DNA of 64,000 bases from Acidobacteriota bacterium (GCA_016201275.1 JACQDB010000043.1:339-64338); one strand, 5' to 3'; shown: positions 1 through 10,919, numbered from the stretch's first letter. The notes: generated from the sequence alone by a model not told the origin. A program made the numbers and translations.

Positions 1-97
1 TAGGCAACGCCAAAGCGTGCAGAGGGCTCAAAATTCTTGCAGGTTTTCGCGAAACATTACGCGCCAACCTTTTCGTAGTCCCTTTTGGAAGTATCAT

Positions 98-877
98 ATG
101 ATTCACAAAAAATTTATCGCCGCCGTTTTCTTGCTGGCTCCTTTTTTTATCAGCAGCAGCGCCAATGCCCAGAGCGTCAAAGCGCCAAAAAAAAATCACC
201 AGTCGCCAGCCAAACCGCTAAGCGCAGCCTCACAAGCCCGCACTGATTTACTCAAAGCCACTCAGGAATACAAAGCCAGTCTGCAAAAATTAATCGAGCT
301 ATACGAAAAGAATGTCACTGATGCCAATGCGCGTTTGGCCAAACAGCAGGAGCTTTTTGCCGCCGGTATCATCTCGAAACATGAAATGGAAGACAGCCAG
401 CAAAAAGTTGCCGCCGCGCAGTTGCAGATCACGCAAGCGAAAAAACAGCTTGCCGAAGCCGATGACTTAATCGCCGAAGCGAGCCTCGAAGAAGCGCCAG
501 CCACCAGCCCTCGGGTGAAAATCCCTGGCTATGTCAGCACCTCCGCTTACCTGCGCTTTACTGGCAGCGCGCATTGGGCGCTTGCCGACGCGGCGAAAGT
601 GAGCGCCTTTTTTCAAGAAAGGTTTGGTCACGCGCTGCCGGTGAGCGCCTACGGGCAGACCGCTACACACGATAGATTGGGCTTCGACCATCGCAATGCG
701 CTAGATGTTGCGGTGCATCCCGACAGCGCCGAAGGCCAAGCGTTGATTCATTATTTGCAGAGCGTCGGCATTCCCTTTCTGGCTTTTCGGCGTGCCATCA
801 GCGGCTCGGCAACCGGCGCGCACATCCACATCGGCTACCCGTCGCATCGCATCTCGGCGGTTGATTTATCGCGCTAG
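98..877 (+). CDS. Secreted protein with a coiled-coil region and a C-terminal His-motif (possible M15/LAS-like metallopeptidase) domain
   Basis: ATG at 98, signal peptide (MIHKKFIAAVFLLAPFFISSSANA), helical coiled-coil, C-terminal HDRLGFDHRNALD and GAHIHIG motifs. Confidence 0.6.
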   Translation: MIHKKFIAAVFLLAPFFISSSANAQSVKAPKKNHQSPAKPLSAASQARTDLLKATQEYKASLQKLIELYEKNVTDANARLAKQQELFAAGIISKHEMEDSQQKVAAAQLQITQAKKQLAEADDLIAEASLEEAPATSPRVKIPGYVSTSAYLRFTGSAHWALADAAKVSAFFQERFGHALPVSAYGQTATHDRLGFDHRNALDVAVHPDSAEGQALIHYLQSVGIPFLAFRRAISGSATGAHIHIGYPSHRISAVDLSR

Positions 878-1194
878 GATTGCCCCCACGGCAAGCCGCT
901 AGCACTCACCGGAAGCGTCCCTGCCGGGTTCCTATCTCTTGGCAATGTGACAAACCGGCAGAAGTTGGAGAATCACAATTTAGCGCGGTTTGTCACCCGT
1001 ATCGGGAATCTACCCGTAACGGTAACGCTGCTGAAAATTCGCGCAAGAAATAGTATTGCCCTTTAAAATTGCCTGACGTATCTTTGAATTGTTTGACAAG
1101 TCTGCGTCGTTTCCTCATTGCCCCTACAGAGAAAACCCCTGTAAAATTGCGGTGTTTGTAGCGTCAACTCCGTCATCACCATCAGGAGACCAGG

Positions 1195-2394
1195 ATGAGT
1201 TATCTCGATCTTCCGCCGATTCTCGAAAAGATGCTCGCAGTGGCGGATAATATTTCCGACCTCAATTTTTCGGTAGGTCGCCCACCGCAAGTGGAGATCA
1301 ATGGCAAACTGTCGCCGGTTGACATCAAGGGGCTACGCTCGCTGACGCCGTACCAGACCGAAATCATCGCCATGTCTTTGATGGAAGGCAATGTCGAATC
1401 GGCGCGCCGTCTGGTGCAGACCGGTTCGGCGGATTTGAGTTATGCGATTCCCAGCAAAGTGCGCTTTCGCGTCAACATCTTCAAACAGCGCGGCACTATC
1501 TCCATTGTGATGCGCGTTATTCCGACCTTTGTGCCGACGCTGGAAAGCCTCGAATTGCCGCCTCAACTTGGCGACATCTCGCATATGAAAACCGGCATCG
1601 TGTTATTGACCGGGCCAACCGGGTCGGGCAAATCGTCAACCCTTGCGGCCATCATTGATAAGATCAACACCGAATACAGCTATCATATCGTCACCATCGA
1701 AGACCCTATCGAATTTCTGCACACCCATAAAAAATCTACCATCAATCAACGCGAACTCGGCTCGGACACTCCGGCCTTTGCGTTAGGCTTACGGGCGGCG
1801 CTGCGGCAAGCGCCGAAAGTTATACTGGTTGGCGAGATGCGTGATATGGAGACTACGGAAATCGCTCTGGAAGCTTCGGAAACCGGCCACTTGGTGCTTT
1901 CGACGCTGCACACGACGGACGCTTCCAGAACCATCAACCGCATCATCGGCATCTATCCGAAATCCGAAGAACACGTCATCCGCACGCGCCTGGCGCACGC
2001 TTTCCGCTACATCATTTCGCAACGCCTGCTGCCCAAAGCCGACGGCAGTGGACGCCTTGCGGCGGTCGAAATATTGAAAGCCACGCCGCGCACCCGCGAA
2101 TACATTGAACAGGGCGAATCCGAAGGCAAGACTTTGATTGAAGCCATGCACGATGGCGAGTTGGAAGGGATGCAGCAGTTCGATCAGGTGATTGAACGCA
2201 TGATTCGCAGCGGCGTTGTCACCCAGGAAGACGGACTGGCTTTTGCCACCAATCCGTCGAATCTGTTGCTGCGCCTGTCCGGGCTTGGCACCTCCGACGA
2301 TATGTTGAGCCACCGCGACGACAGCACCTATAAACCATCGCGGGAAATGGATGCGCTGATGCGTTCGCGCATGGCAAACGTACTCGACAGATAA
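1195..2394 (+). CDS. pilT: PilT/PilU family type IV pilus retraction ATPase
   Basis: Walker A GPTGSGKS, TIEDPIE, ALRQAPKVILVGEMRD, GHLVLSTLHT; AGGAG upstream. Confidence 0.92.
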   Translation: MSYLDLPPILEKMLAVADNISDLNFSVGRPPQVEINGKLSPVDIKGLRSLTPYQTEIIAMSLMEGNVESARRLVQTGSADLSYAIPSKVRFRVNIFKQRGTISIVMRVIPTFVPTLESLELPPQLGDISHMKTGIVLLTGPTGSGKSSTLAAIIDKINTEYSYHIVTIEDPIEFLHTHKKSTINQRELGSDTPAFALGLRAALRQAPKVILVGEMRDMETTEIALEASETGHLVLSTLHTTDASRTINRIIGIYPKSEEHVIRTRLAHAFRYIISQRLLPKADGSGRLAAVEILKATPRTREYIEQGESEGKTLIEAMHDGELEGMQQFDQVIERMIRSGVVTQEDGLAFATNPSNLLLRLSGLGTSDDMLSHRDDSTYKPSREMDALMRSRMANVLDR

Positions 2395-2397
2395 AAA

Positions 2398-2470
2398 TAG
2401 TCATTAGTCCTTAGTCATGAGTCATGAGCTTGGAAATTGCAGCTAATGACTAATGACTAATGACTAAGGA
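2398..2470. repeat. Inverted pair of heptamer tandem arrays, (TAGTCMT)n ... (AATGACT)n, ending in AAGGAG
   Basis: tagtcat-tagtcct-tagtcat-gagtcat, then aatgact x3 and aaggag 7 nt before ATG 2479. Confidence 0.9.
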
Positions 2471-2478
2471 GTAAAGCA

Positions 2479-3183
2479 ATGATAGCCAATTGTCCGAATT
2501 GCGCGATGAGTTTGAGTTTCGATGACGACCGCTTGCCGACCGAAGCGTTCAATGTGTTGTGTCCGCGTTGTCGGCAATCAGTGACCATCATGCCGCCGCC
2601 GAAAGAAGAGCCGAAATTGCCCGGCGTCGCCACTAAAATGGATGCCGTCATCACCGGCACGCAGGCGGCGAATGATCCGTTGCGGGCGCTTGCGGAAATG
2701 CTGATCGCCGGATTGAAGAAACAACCGCAGGGCGGCGCAGACCTGCCGTCGTGGGAGCGCCGACGAATATTATTTTGTGTTGATGAAGCAGAGATGCGCG
2801 AGCGTTTGCGAAAGGCGCTCGATCATCGCTATTACGAAATCTTTTCTTCCAACACCGCGCCCGAAGCGGTCGAACTGCTACTGGAAGCCAAAGCCGAAGT
2901 GGTGGTGTTGACGACCAACTTTGAAGCTCACAATCAAGGATGTGGCGCGTTGATGCAATACGTCAACAACCTGACGCCACAAGCCCGCCGCCGCACTTTT
3001 GTGGTGTTAATCTCTTCGCAGGTTCGCACCTTGGACTCGTATCTGGCCTTTGCCAACGGCGTCAATTTAACCGTCCATCCCGATGACGCAGATGCCTTTC
3101 AATCCATCTTCGAGCGCAGTGTACGCGATTTCAACGAACTCTATCGTCCGTTCAATCACGCCACTTCCGCTGCGCCTTTTTAA
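2479..3183 (+). CDS. Zinc-ribbon (MJ0042-like) protein with a degenerate receiver-like domain
   Basis: CPNC...CPRC at the N-terminus; C-terminal alpha/beta REC-like pattern; directly downstream of pilT. Confidence 0.7.
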   Translation: MIANCPNCAMSLSFDDDRLPTEAFNVLCPRCRQSVTIMPPPKEEPKLPGVATKMDAVITGTQAANDPLRALAEMLIAGLKKQPQGGADLPSWERRRILFCVDEAEMRERLRKALDHRYYEIFSSNTAPEAVELLLEAKAEVVVLTTNFEAHNQGCGALMQYVNNLTPQARRRTFVVLISSQVRTLDSYLAFANGVNLTVHPDDADAFQSIFERSVRDFNELYRPFNHATSAAPF

Positions 3184-3473
3184 GCTTGAAATATCATTCG
3201 TCGCCCACGAAAACCGCAACACCAAAGTGCTTGAGCGCCTCGTTAGCTCCGTGTGCAAATGCTGGTACGGGTGACTCTCTGTTGGCGCTCGTACCGGCAC
3301 ACGCAAATGGAATTAGAGACATTATAGCGGCTGGCAAATGGCCTGAGCCGTGCTGCGGCTGGCTTGAAAACTTGCGGTGCGGTTTACGAAGAGGCGCAGT
3401 TTGTCATACAGTTAGTGACGCCGCAAGATGCAGCGGCGCATCTTCAAAAAGACAAACGCCTTGAGAATAAACT

Positions 3474-4577
3474 ATGACGGAAACCTTGAAGTTGAAAGCG
3501 CCGGAGAGTTGTCGTTGGGATTGTGTCAGTCTGGGTGAGGTGATGCTGCGCTTAGACCCCGGCGCTGGACGCCTTCACACCACGCGCAGTTTTCAGGTCT
3601 GGGAAGGTGGCGGCGAATACAATGTCGCACGCGGCTTGAAACGCTGTTTCGGTTTGCAGACCGCCATCGTCACAGCGCTGGCCGATAATCCCGTAGGGCG
3701 ACTGGTGCAGGATTTGATTTATCAGGGCGGCGTTGACCAAACGCACATTCGTTGGGTCAAGTATGATGGCGTTGGTCGAGCGGTGCGGAACGGTTTGAAT
3801 TTCACCGAACGCGGCTTTGGCGCACGCGCCGCACTGGGTTGTTCCGACCGAGGCCATACGGCGGTCTCGCAACTCCAGCCCGGCGACATTGACTGGCAAA
3901 TGATTTTCGGTAAACAAGGCGCACGCTGGTTTCATACGGGCGGCATCTTTGCTGCGCTTTCCGCGACTGCGCCACAGGTCGCGCAGGAAGCGATGGCGGC
4001 GGCCAAACAACACGGCACTGTGATCTCTTATGATTTGAATTTTCGCCCGTCGTTGTGGCAGAGCATAGGCGGCAAGGCGCAAGCTCAGGCGGTCAACCGC
4101 GAGTTAGCCCAATATGTTGACGTGATGATTGGCAACGAAGAAGACTTCACCGCTGCTTTGGGCTTTGCTGTCGAAGGTCTGGACGAGAATCTCTCCAAAC
4201 TGGAGGTGCGAAATTTTCAACGCATGATGGAAAGCGCCATGCAGCAGTTCCCTAACTTCAAAGTCATAGCCACCACTTTACGCAATGCGCGAACCGCGAG
4301 CCGCAACGATTGGGGCGCAGTCTGTTACACCGATGGCAAGTTGTATCAGGCAACCACGCGAGAGGATTTGGAAATCTTTGACCGCGTTGGCGGCGGCGAT
4401 TCGTTTGCCTCCGGTTTGATTTATGGTTTTCTGATGAACCAGGGAGCGCAGTGGGCTGTTGAATGCGGCGCGGCGCACGGCGCATTGGCGATGACTACAC
4501 CGGGCGATACGACTATGGCAACGCTTTCGGAAGTCGAGCGCGTGATGAAAGGTGGTTCGGCGCGGGTCGCCCGATGA
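3474..4577 (+). CDS. kdgK: 2-dehydro-3-deoxygluconokinase (PfkB family)
   Basis: GEVMLRL, GGGEYNVA, YDLNFRPSLW, DRVGGGDSF motifs; next to eda. Confidence 0.9.
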   Translation: MTETLKLKAPESCRWDCVSLGEVMLRLDPGAGRLHTTRSFQVWEGGGEYNVARGLKRCFGLQTAIVTALADNPVGRLVQDLIYQGGVDQTHIRWVKYDGVGRAVRNGLNFTERGFGARAALGCSDRGHTAVSQLQPGDIDWQMIFGKQGARWFHTGGIFAALSATAPQVAQEAMAAAKQHGTVISYDLNFRPSLWQSIGGKAQAQAVNRELAQYVDVMIGNEEDFTAALGFAVEGLDENLSKLEVRNFQRMMESAMQQFPNFKVIATTLRNARTASRNDWGAVCYTDGKLYQATTREDLEIFDRVGGGDSFASGLIYGFLMNQGAQWAVECGAAHGALAMTTPGDTTMATLSEVERVMKGGSARVAR

Positions 4578-4845
4578 GACGCGAAGGAAGTAGGCCAAAG
4601 GCAAACGGCAAACGGCAAAGTATGCGTGATGGCGGTGCGGCAATGGCTTCTTGTAGCGCAAAACTTTTGCTTGAACGCCTAGGGAAGGGAAGAAAATATA
4701 CTCCCATAAACCTCGTTGAGCAGCGGTCTGTGAGCGCTGGACTGGCGGTCATAGACCGCTGCTCAACCGTATGCTATTTCTTGCCGCTTCCCTGAAAATT
4801 GTGGCTGAAAGAACCGGCAAAACGTGAAGGCTTTTTCAAGGCTCT

Positions 4846-4875
4846 GTACAGGCAACCACCGCAGGGTTGCCCGTA
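4846..4875. repeat. REP-like palindrome (GTAC-flanked family)
   Basis: gtacaggcaaccaccgcagggttgcccgta, nearly identical to the copies at 36180-36323. Confidence 0.75.
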
Positions 4876-4941
4876 TCAGGTTGCATTTAATTTCAGCCAA
4901 CTTCCTTACCGGTTATCACAAAGTTTCGGAAAGAGTGACAC

Positions 4942-5598
4942 ATGAACAAAGCAGAAGTGATGCAAAGGATTAAAGACACTGGTGTGCTGCCTGTGGTGCG
5001 CGCCGCTTCCGCCGATGAAGCCGTGCGCGTCATCGAAGCGATTCAAGAAGGCGGCATAGCGGTTTTGGAAATCACCATGACGGTTCCCGGCGCGGTGCGC
5101 GTCATTGAAGCGGTGGCTGCGCGTTACGGCTCTGAAGCCTTGGTCGGCGCGGGGACGGTGCTGGATGCGGAAACGGCTCGCGCCTGCATCTTGGCGGGAG
5201 CCCAATTCATCGTCAGCCCGGCGCTCAATCTCGACACCATAGCTTTATGTCGGCGCTACGGCGTAGCCATTATGCCCGGCGCTTTGACGCCCACCGAAGT
5301 GTTGCAGGCGTGGACCGCGGGCGCTGATTTTGTCAAAGTTTTTCCGGCAAACGCCTTGGGCGGGGCCAGCTATTTGAAAGCCTTGAAAGCGCCGCTGCCG
5401 CAAATCGAAATGGTTCCGACCGGCGGGGTTTCGTTGACCACTGCCGCCGATTTCATTCACGCCGGAGCCAGCGCTTTAGGCGTCGGCACAGACCTTGTGG
5501 ACGTGCAAGCCTTGCGCCAAGGGCAGGCGCATATCATCACGGAACGCGCCCGACAGTTTCTGCAAATTGTCCGCGCCGCGCGCAGCAACTTGGCCTGA
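4942..5598 (+). CDS. eda: KDPG/KHG aldolase
   Basis: LEIT, VGAGTVLD, FIVSP, PGALTPTE, VKVFPA, PTGGV motifs. Confidence 0.93.
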   Translation: MNKAEVMQRIKDTGVLPVVRAASADEAVRVIEAIQEGGIAVLEITMTVPGAVRVIEAVAARYGSEALVGAGTVLDAETARACILAGAQFIVSPALNLDTIALCRRYGVAIMPGALTPTEVLQAWTAGADFVKVFPANALGGASYLKALKAPLPQIEMVPTGGVSLTTAADFIHAGASALGVGTDLVDVQALRQGQAHIITERARQFLQIVRAARSNLA

Positions 5599-5712
5599 GC
5601 GCCTCGCCACCGGTTGTGCGCGCACCCCACGCAGAGCGCCTACCGACCCGCAAGGTGGTGGTCTGAATCATTTGCGAACCTGGTTTTTGAGGAAAGCGGT
5701 GTACTTGATTTT

Positions 5713-7536
5713 ATGTCCGAAGTGCTGGTGATTGGCGCGGGTCCTGCTGGGCTTACTGCCGCCTACGAATTATCCAAATTGGGAATGCAACCCGTGGTGG
5801 TGGAAGCCGATGCTCAAGTCGGCGGTCTGTCGCGCACCGTCAACTACAACGGCTATCGCTTCGACATCGGCGGACATCGGTTCTTTTCCAAAGTGCAACT
5901 CATCAACGACCTATGGCGCGAAATTCTAGCGGATGAATTTCTCACGCGTCCGCGATTGTCGCGCATCTATTATGACCATCACTTTTTCGATTACCCGCTG
6001 CAAGCCGCCAATGCCTTGGCCGGATTAGGCAGCGTGGAAGCCTTGCTGGTGGCGCTCAGTTATGCCAAGGCGAAATTGCTGCCGCACCAACAGGAGACCA
6101 ACTTCGAGCAATGGGTGTCGAATCGCTTCGGGCAGCGGTTGTACGAAATTTTTTTCAAGTCTTACACAGAGAAAGTATGGGGCATACCCTGTGCGGAAAT
6201 TTCGGCGGACTGGGCGGTGCAGCGCATCAAAAATCTGTCGTTGCACGAAGCCTTGCGGAACGCCCTATTCGGAACCGCAGCGACGAAAGACGGGCAGACC
6301 ATCACCTCATTGATCGAGACTTTTCATTATCCGCGACTCGGTCCCGGGCAGATGTGGGAGCAGTGCGAGCGACTCTTGGCACAACGCGGCGCACAGACCT
6401 TGCGCGGCATCAAGATCGAAAAAATTCGGCATCACGGTGGGCGCGTGCAAGCGGTTTACGGGCGCAACGCGGCGGGTGAAGCGCTAGAGTTTGGCGGCGC
6501 GCAAGTGATCTCCACCATGCCGCTGAGAAGCCTGATGAAGGCGCTTGACCCGTTGCCTCCCGATCCCGTTCTGCAAGCCGCCAATCGCTTGCGCTACAGG
6601 GATTATTTGACGGCGGCGCTGATCGTCAAACGGCAAGAGGTGTTCCCCGATAACTGGATTTATATACACGCGCCCGAAGTGAAAATCGGGCGCATACAGA
6701 ACTACAAAAACTGGAGTCCGGACATGGTGCCGGACGCGACAAAGACCTCGCTCGGACTGGAATATTTTTTATGGCAGGAGGATGAGATGTGGCGCTGGTC
6801 GGATGACCGGCTGCTTGAGTTTGGTATTGGCGAATGCGCCGCTCTGGGCATCATTGAAGCGCGTGAAGTCGAAGACGGCGCGGTGGTGCGAATGAAAAAA
6901 GCGTATCCGATTTATGACCACACCTACGCCGCAAGTCTGGCCACGGTGCGCGGCTATCTGGAGACCCTGGCGAATCTGCAAACCATCGGGCGCAATGGCT
7001 TGCATCGCTACAACAATCAGGATCACTCTATGCTGACGGGGATTTATGCAGCGCGCAACCTCGCTGGCGAAAACTTTGATGTCTGGTCGGTAAACACCGA
7101 GCCGCACTATCTGGAAGAAGATCAGGCGATGCGGACGACTGCTGGTGACCGGCTGGTTCCGGTTGGTCTAGTGCCGGAATTTTCACCGGGCGAAGACGCT
7201 GCCGAAGTCATGTTGGAAACCCTCTTTGCCAGATTGGACGCGGTGGCGATGGGCGGCGCGGTGGGCGTGGTCAGCGGACTGGCGCTGTTTCTGGCAACCG
7301 CCTTATTGCTGTTGAAAGGCGGCGCAGTCGTGGGGCCGAATCTCTCTTTGTTGTCGTATTATTTTTTCGACTATCGAGTAACCTGGGCAGGCGCATTTCT
7401 GGGCCTTGTCGAAGCCGGGGCGGCAGGCTTTATACTCGGTTATCTATTTGCCTATTTGAGAAATCTCGGCCTGACCGCTTACGCCTGGTTCATCAAGCGA
7501 CGAGCCGAATCCCAAGCCTCACGCGACCTTTTGTAA
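5713..7536 (+). CDS. FAD-dependent oxidoreductase (UDP-galactopyranose mutase/amine oxidase-like) fused to a C-terminal membrane domain
   Basis: GAGPAG Rossmann motif, [28 protein letters not shown]; hydrophobic C-terminal ~100 aa; start inferred at ATG 5713. Confidence 0.8.
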   Translation: MSEVLVIGAGPAGLTAAYELSKLGMQPVVVEADAQVGGLSRTVNYNGYRFDIGGHRFFSKVQLINDLWREILADEFLTRPRLSRIYYDHHFFDYPLQAANALAGLGSVEALLVALSYAKAKLLPHQQETNFEQWVSNRFGQRLYEIFFKSYTEKVWGIPCAEISADWAVQRIKNLSLHEALRNALFGTAATKDGQTITSLIETFHYPRLGPGQMWEQCERLLAQRGAQTLRGIKIEKIRHHGGRVQAVYGRNAAGEALEFGGAQVISTMPLRSLMKALDPLPPDPVLQAANRLRYRDYLTAALIVKRQEVFPDNWIYIHAPEVKIGRIQNYKNWSPDMVPDATKTSLGLEYFLWQEDEMWRWSDDRLLEFGIGECAALGIIEAREVEDGAVVRMKKAYPIYDHTYAASLATVRGYLETLANLQTIGRNGLHRYNNQDHSMLTGIYAARNLAGENFDVWSVNTEPHYLEEDQAMRTTAGDRLVPVGLVPEFSPGEDAAEVMLETLFARLDAVAMGGAVGVVSGLALFLATALLLLKGGAVVGPNLSLLSYYFFDYRVTWAGAFLGLVEAGAAGFILGYLFAYLRNLGLTAYAWFIKRRAESQASRDLL

Positions 7537-7561
7537 AGCGTGAAGAAAGCGAGCGCGCCGC

Positions 7562-7891
7562 ATGAGTGAAGGTCAAGATCAGAATGTCCGCTTGAGTCAA
7601 CTGGTAGTCCGCATTCAAACCGGCGTGCTGGCTGTAGTCTTTGCGCTACTGGGCGGCCTGGGCTTGTTCCTGATGACCGTCTGGTTATTAGTGAAAGGCG
7701 GAGAAAATATCGGCTCGCACTTGAACCTGCTGGGGCAATATCTGATTGGCTATTCGGTGACTTGGACGGGCAGTTTGATCGGGCTGCTTTACGGCCTGTT
7801 GATCGGTGGCATTATCGGCGGGTCGGTCGGCAAGCTCTACAACCTGATGGCCCGGGCGCGCCAGCGTGCCGCGAAAACACGGGCAAAATAA
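7562..7891 (+). CDS. Small membrane protein, paralogous to the C-terminal domain of the upstream oxidoreductase
   Basis: LFLMTVWLLVKGGENIGSHLNLLGQY..GYSVTWTG aligns with [34 protein letters not shown]. Confidence 0.8.
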   Translation: MSEGQDQNVRLSQLVVRIQTGVLAVVFALLGGLGLFLMTVWLLVKGGENIGSHLNLLGQYLIGYSVTWTGSLIGLLYGLLIGGIIGGSVGKLYNLMARARQRAAKTRAK

Positions 7892-7901
7892 AAACGATTT
7901 T

Positions 7902-8960
7902 ATGAAGCTTACGAAGAGTTCCACGAGTGATAAACACAGGCCGGCGTTCAGCGTCATTGTGCCGGTTTACAACGCCTCGCCGGAACTACGGTTGTGCCTT
8001 GCCGCTTTGCAGCAGTCGGCGTATGAAGATTTCGAGGTCATTGTTGTAGATGACGGTTCGAGCGAAGCGCTGGAGTCAATCGTCGCGCCTTACCAATGCC
8101 GCTATGTAAAACTGGACCGCCAACAAGGACCCGCACGGGCGCGCAATCGCGGCGCAGCACTCGCCAAGGGGCGCTACCTCGTCTTCATTGATGCCGATGT
8201 CTGTGTGCATCAAGACACGCTCGAACGATTCGCCGGGGCCTTCGCCGCTCGCCCTGATGTGGTTGCGGTATTGGGTTCCTATGATGAAGCTCCCGCGCAT
8301 ACCAACTTCTTTTCGCAGTATAAAAATCTCTTTCACCATTATGTGCATCAAGGAGGCGCTGGCGAGAGCCGCACCTTTTGGAGCGGCTGCGGGGCAATGC
8401 GGCGCGATATTTTTTTATCGTTCGGAGGCTTTGACGCAGCGCGTTATCGTCGTCCTGCCATCGAAGACATCGAATTGGGAACGTGGATAAAAGAAGCCGG
8501 GTATCAAGTAATTTTAGACCGCCGCATTCAAGCCCAGCATTTGAAACGCTGGACCTTCTGGAGCCTCCTCAAATCCGATATTTTTGACCGGGGGATTCCG
8601 TGGATTCGCCTGATGTGGAGAGTGGGCGCATCGGCAAATACGCTCAATGTGGTGCCGTCGCAACGCTGGAGCGTATTGCTGGTTTACCTGACGGCCTTGC
8701 TTTTGCCGTTGGCCACGGTCTGGCATTTTGCCGGGGCGATAGCCGCGCTTTCGGCCTTGGGCGTAGGGGTTTTGAATCGCCATTTTTATGGCTATTTTCT
8801 ACAGCGCCGAGGCGTGTGGTTCACCTTGCGGGTTTTGCCTGTGCACGGGTTGTACTTCTGCTATTGCGGCATCGCCGTAGTCATAGGAACGTGGTTATAT
8901 TTTCTGACGGATCGCCCAAAGCGCCCGACGACAGTGATAAAAAATTGCGACACCAAATAA
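7902..8960 (+). CDS. Glycosyltransferase family 2 with C-terminal TM helices
   Basis: SVIVPVYN, VVDDGS, ARARNRG, FIDAD, EDIE motifs. Confidence 0.9.
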   Translation: MKLTKSSTSDKHRPAFSVIVPVYNASPELRLCLAALQQSAYEDFEVIVVDDGSSEALESIVAPYQCRYVKLDRQQGPARARNRGAALAKGRYLVFIDADVCVHQDTLERFAGAFAARPDVVAVLGSYDEAPAHTNFFSQYKNLFHHYVHQGGAGESRTFWSGCGAMRRDIFLSFGGFDAARYRRPAIEDIELGTWIKEAGYQVILDRRIQAQHLKRWTFWSLLKSDIFDRGIPWIRLMWRVGASANTLNVVPSQRWSVLLVYLTALLLPLATVWHFAGAIAALSALGVGVLNRHFYGYFLQRRGVWFTLRVLPVHGLYFCYCGIAVVIGTWLYFLTDRPKRPTTVIKNCDTK

Positions 8961-8978
8961 ACATCGTGAGGAATTTGC

Positions 8979-10769
8979 TTGCCGAAAAAACCACGCACCG
9001 AGAGCTCGAAACCTCAAAACGCAGCTCGGAAAAAACCCTATGCACGCCAGGAAAAAAAAGCATGGCGCGGGATTTTATTACTGGTCGCTTTGTCGGTGCT
9101 GTTGTTTTTACCGGTATGGTTAAACCCGTCCTTGAACGGCGATGATGCAGCACAACATTACTGGTGGTCAAAAGAATTTATTTATGAACTGGGACAAGGC
9201 AACCTCTATCCGCGCTGGTTGAGCGGCGCGTATGGTGGGCGCGGCAGCCCTATATTGGTCTATTATCCGCCGCTGCCATTTTATGCGGCAGCGCTCTTTT
9301 ATGTAGGCATCCGCGACCCTTTGTTGTCGCTGTATTGGGGCTGTTGGTTGGGGCTACTGGTGTCCGGCATCACCATGTATGGATACAGCCGAACGCTGCT
9401 TTCGCACCGAGAGAGTTTGCTGGCGGCAGCGTTTTATATGACGGCGCATTATCACCTCTTCGATTTTTACCAGCGCATGGCACAGCACGAATTCTGGGCT
9501 TTCGCCTGGGTGCCGCTGCTGTTGTACGGCATCAATCGGGGGAGCCTGACCAATCAGTGGTCAGCGTTTTTCATCATAGCGGCGGCGTATGCGTTGCTCT
9601 TGATGACGCATTTGCCGACGGCTCTTATGATTACGCTAGTGCTGCCGATTTATGTCTTGATCTTGACGCGCAAGGCTAGGCCACTGGCACGCATCGCGGC
9701 AGGCTTGATGCTGGGCGTGGGAATGGCAGCGATCTTTCTCTTGCCCTTTCTGTTGGAGAGGGAATACCTGAAAGCCCTCGGCAGCAAAGCGCCGAATCAA
9801 TATTTTCACGCGGGCTTTTTATTTGAAAACCTCGGTCAAGCCTTCCGGCAAATTCCCTTTCCTTCAAATGGTAGCTTCAACCTTTTTCTGTTGGCCGGGG
9901 ACTGGCTGGCGGTAGGCTTTCTGGCGCTACTGATTATCTGCACGGTGGTGGTTTGGAGAAGCGACTACAGGCGCAACCACGCGCTAGTCGGATTGTGGGT
10001 CATCACCATTTTCAGTTTGCTGATGACCACGCGGTTGACCACACCGCTTTGGCGCTTGCTGCCGCAAGTCAAAAATATTCAATTCCCGATTCGCTGGTTT
10101 TCGCTGGTTTCGGTTGGCGTTGCTTTGCTTGTTGCCTTGGCCAGCGCTATCGTGATGCGTCAATGGCGGTCGTCTTATCTACAGGCGGCGGCGCTGGCGT
10201 TGGTTATTGTGGTAAACCTGATATGCAGTTGGTTGATTATCGCGCACGCACCTTTGCAACCGGAAGCGTTTCAAAAACGCATCAGCAATTACACCGATGT
10301 GCGCGAATATCATCCTCGCTGGTGGGATCAGCAACGGCATAGCGAATTGGACGCGGCCTCGGCGGTCGTGGTCGCTGGCAAGGCGCACGTTACGCCGCTT
10401 GATGAAGAAGGGACCACGCAAAGTTATCGCATCAACACAGAGGAAGATGCGCTATTGAAGTTTCGCGTCTTGTACTTTCCCGGCTGGCAGGCGCAAGTGG
10501 ATGGGCAAGCGGTTGCGGTTGCGCCAAACGACGAGGGACATCTGCAATTGGCGCTTGCCCGTGGCGAGCATCAAGTGACGTTGCGGTTTGCAGCGACGCG
10601 CCTACAGGGGGCAGGAACCTTGATCTCCGGTTTCAGCCTGCTGATCTTTCTGGCAACGCTAGGGATCGCGTACCGTAGAACCCGAAATGCCAAAGCCCTA
10701 GACTTGGCGCACAGCGCCATGGCAACAGCGGCGACAAGCGGTGGCAAACCCCAACCGGCGGCAAAATAA
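8979..10769 (+). CDS. Polytopic membrane protein, GT-C/YfhO-like (6-pyruvoyl-tetrahydropterin synthase-related family)
   Basis: N-terminal GDD loop, YPRW...GGRGSP..YYPPL, IQFPIRW, YFPGWQAQVDG; many TM segments. Confidence 0.75.
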   Translation: MPKKPRTESSKPQNAARKKPYARQEKKAWRGILLLVALSVLLFLPVWLNPSLNGDDAAQHYWWSKEFIYELGQGNLYPRWLSGAYGGRGSPILVYYPPLPFYAAALFYVGIRDPLLSLYWGCWLGLLVSGITMYGYSRTLLSHRESLLAAAFYMTAHYHLFDFYQRMAQHEFWAFAWVPLLLYGINRGSLTNQWSAFFIIAAAYALLLMTHLPTALMITLVLPIYVLILTRKARPLARIAAGLMLGVGMAAIFLLPFLLEREYLKALGSKAPNQYFHAGFLFENLGQAFRQIPFPSNGSFNLFLLAGDWLAVGFLALLIICTVVVWRSDYRRNHALVGLWVITIFSLLMTTRLTTPLWRLLPQVKNIQFPIRWFSLVSVGVALLVALASAIVMRQWRSSYLQAAALALVIVVNLICSWLIIAHAPLQPEAFQKRISNYTDVREYHPRWWDQQRHSELDAASAVVVAGKAHVTPLDEEGTTQSYRINTEEDALLKFRVLYFPGWQAQVDGQAVAVAPNDEGHLQLALARGEHQVTLRFAATRLQGAGTLISGFSLLIFLATLGIAYRRTRNAKALDLAHSAMATAATSGGKPQPAAK

Positions 10770-10919
10770 AAGGCGTTGCGGCTCTCTTGTAGCTTTCGTG
10801 CAGAGCATCAATAAATTGTGTTGTGCATTGCAATGGCATACAGCATCTAGGGAGTCTTCACGCTAACCATCAGAGCGTCTGTGATTTTGCCTGGAGACAG
10901 GAAATGCAAAGGAGAGGCG

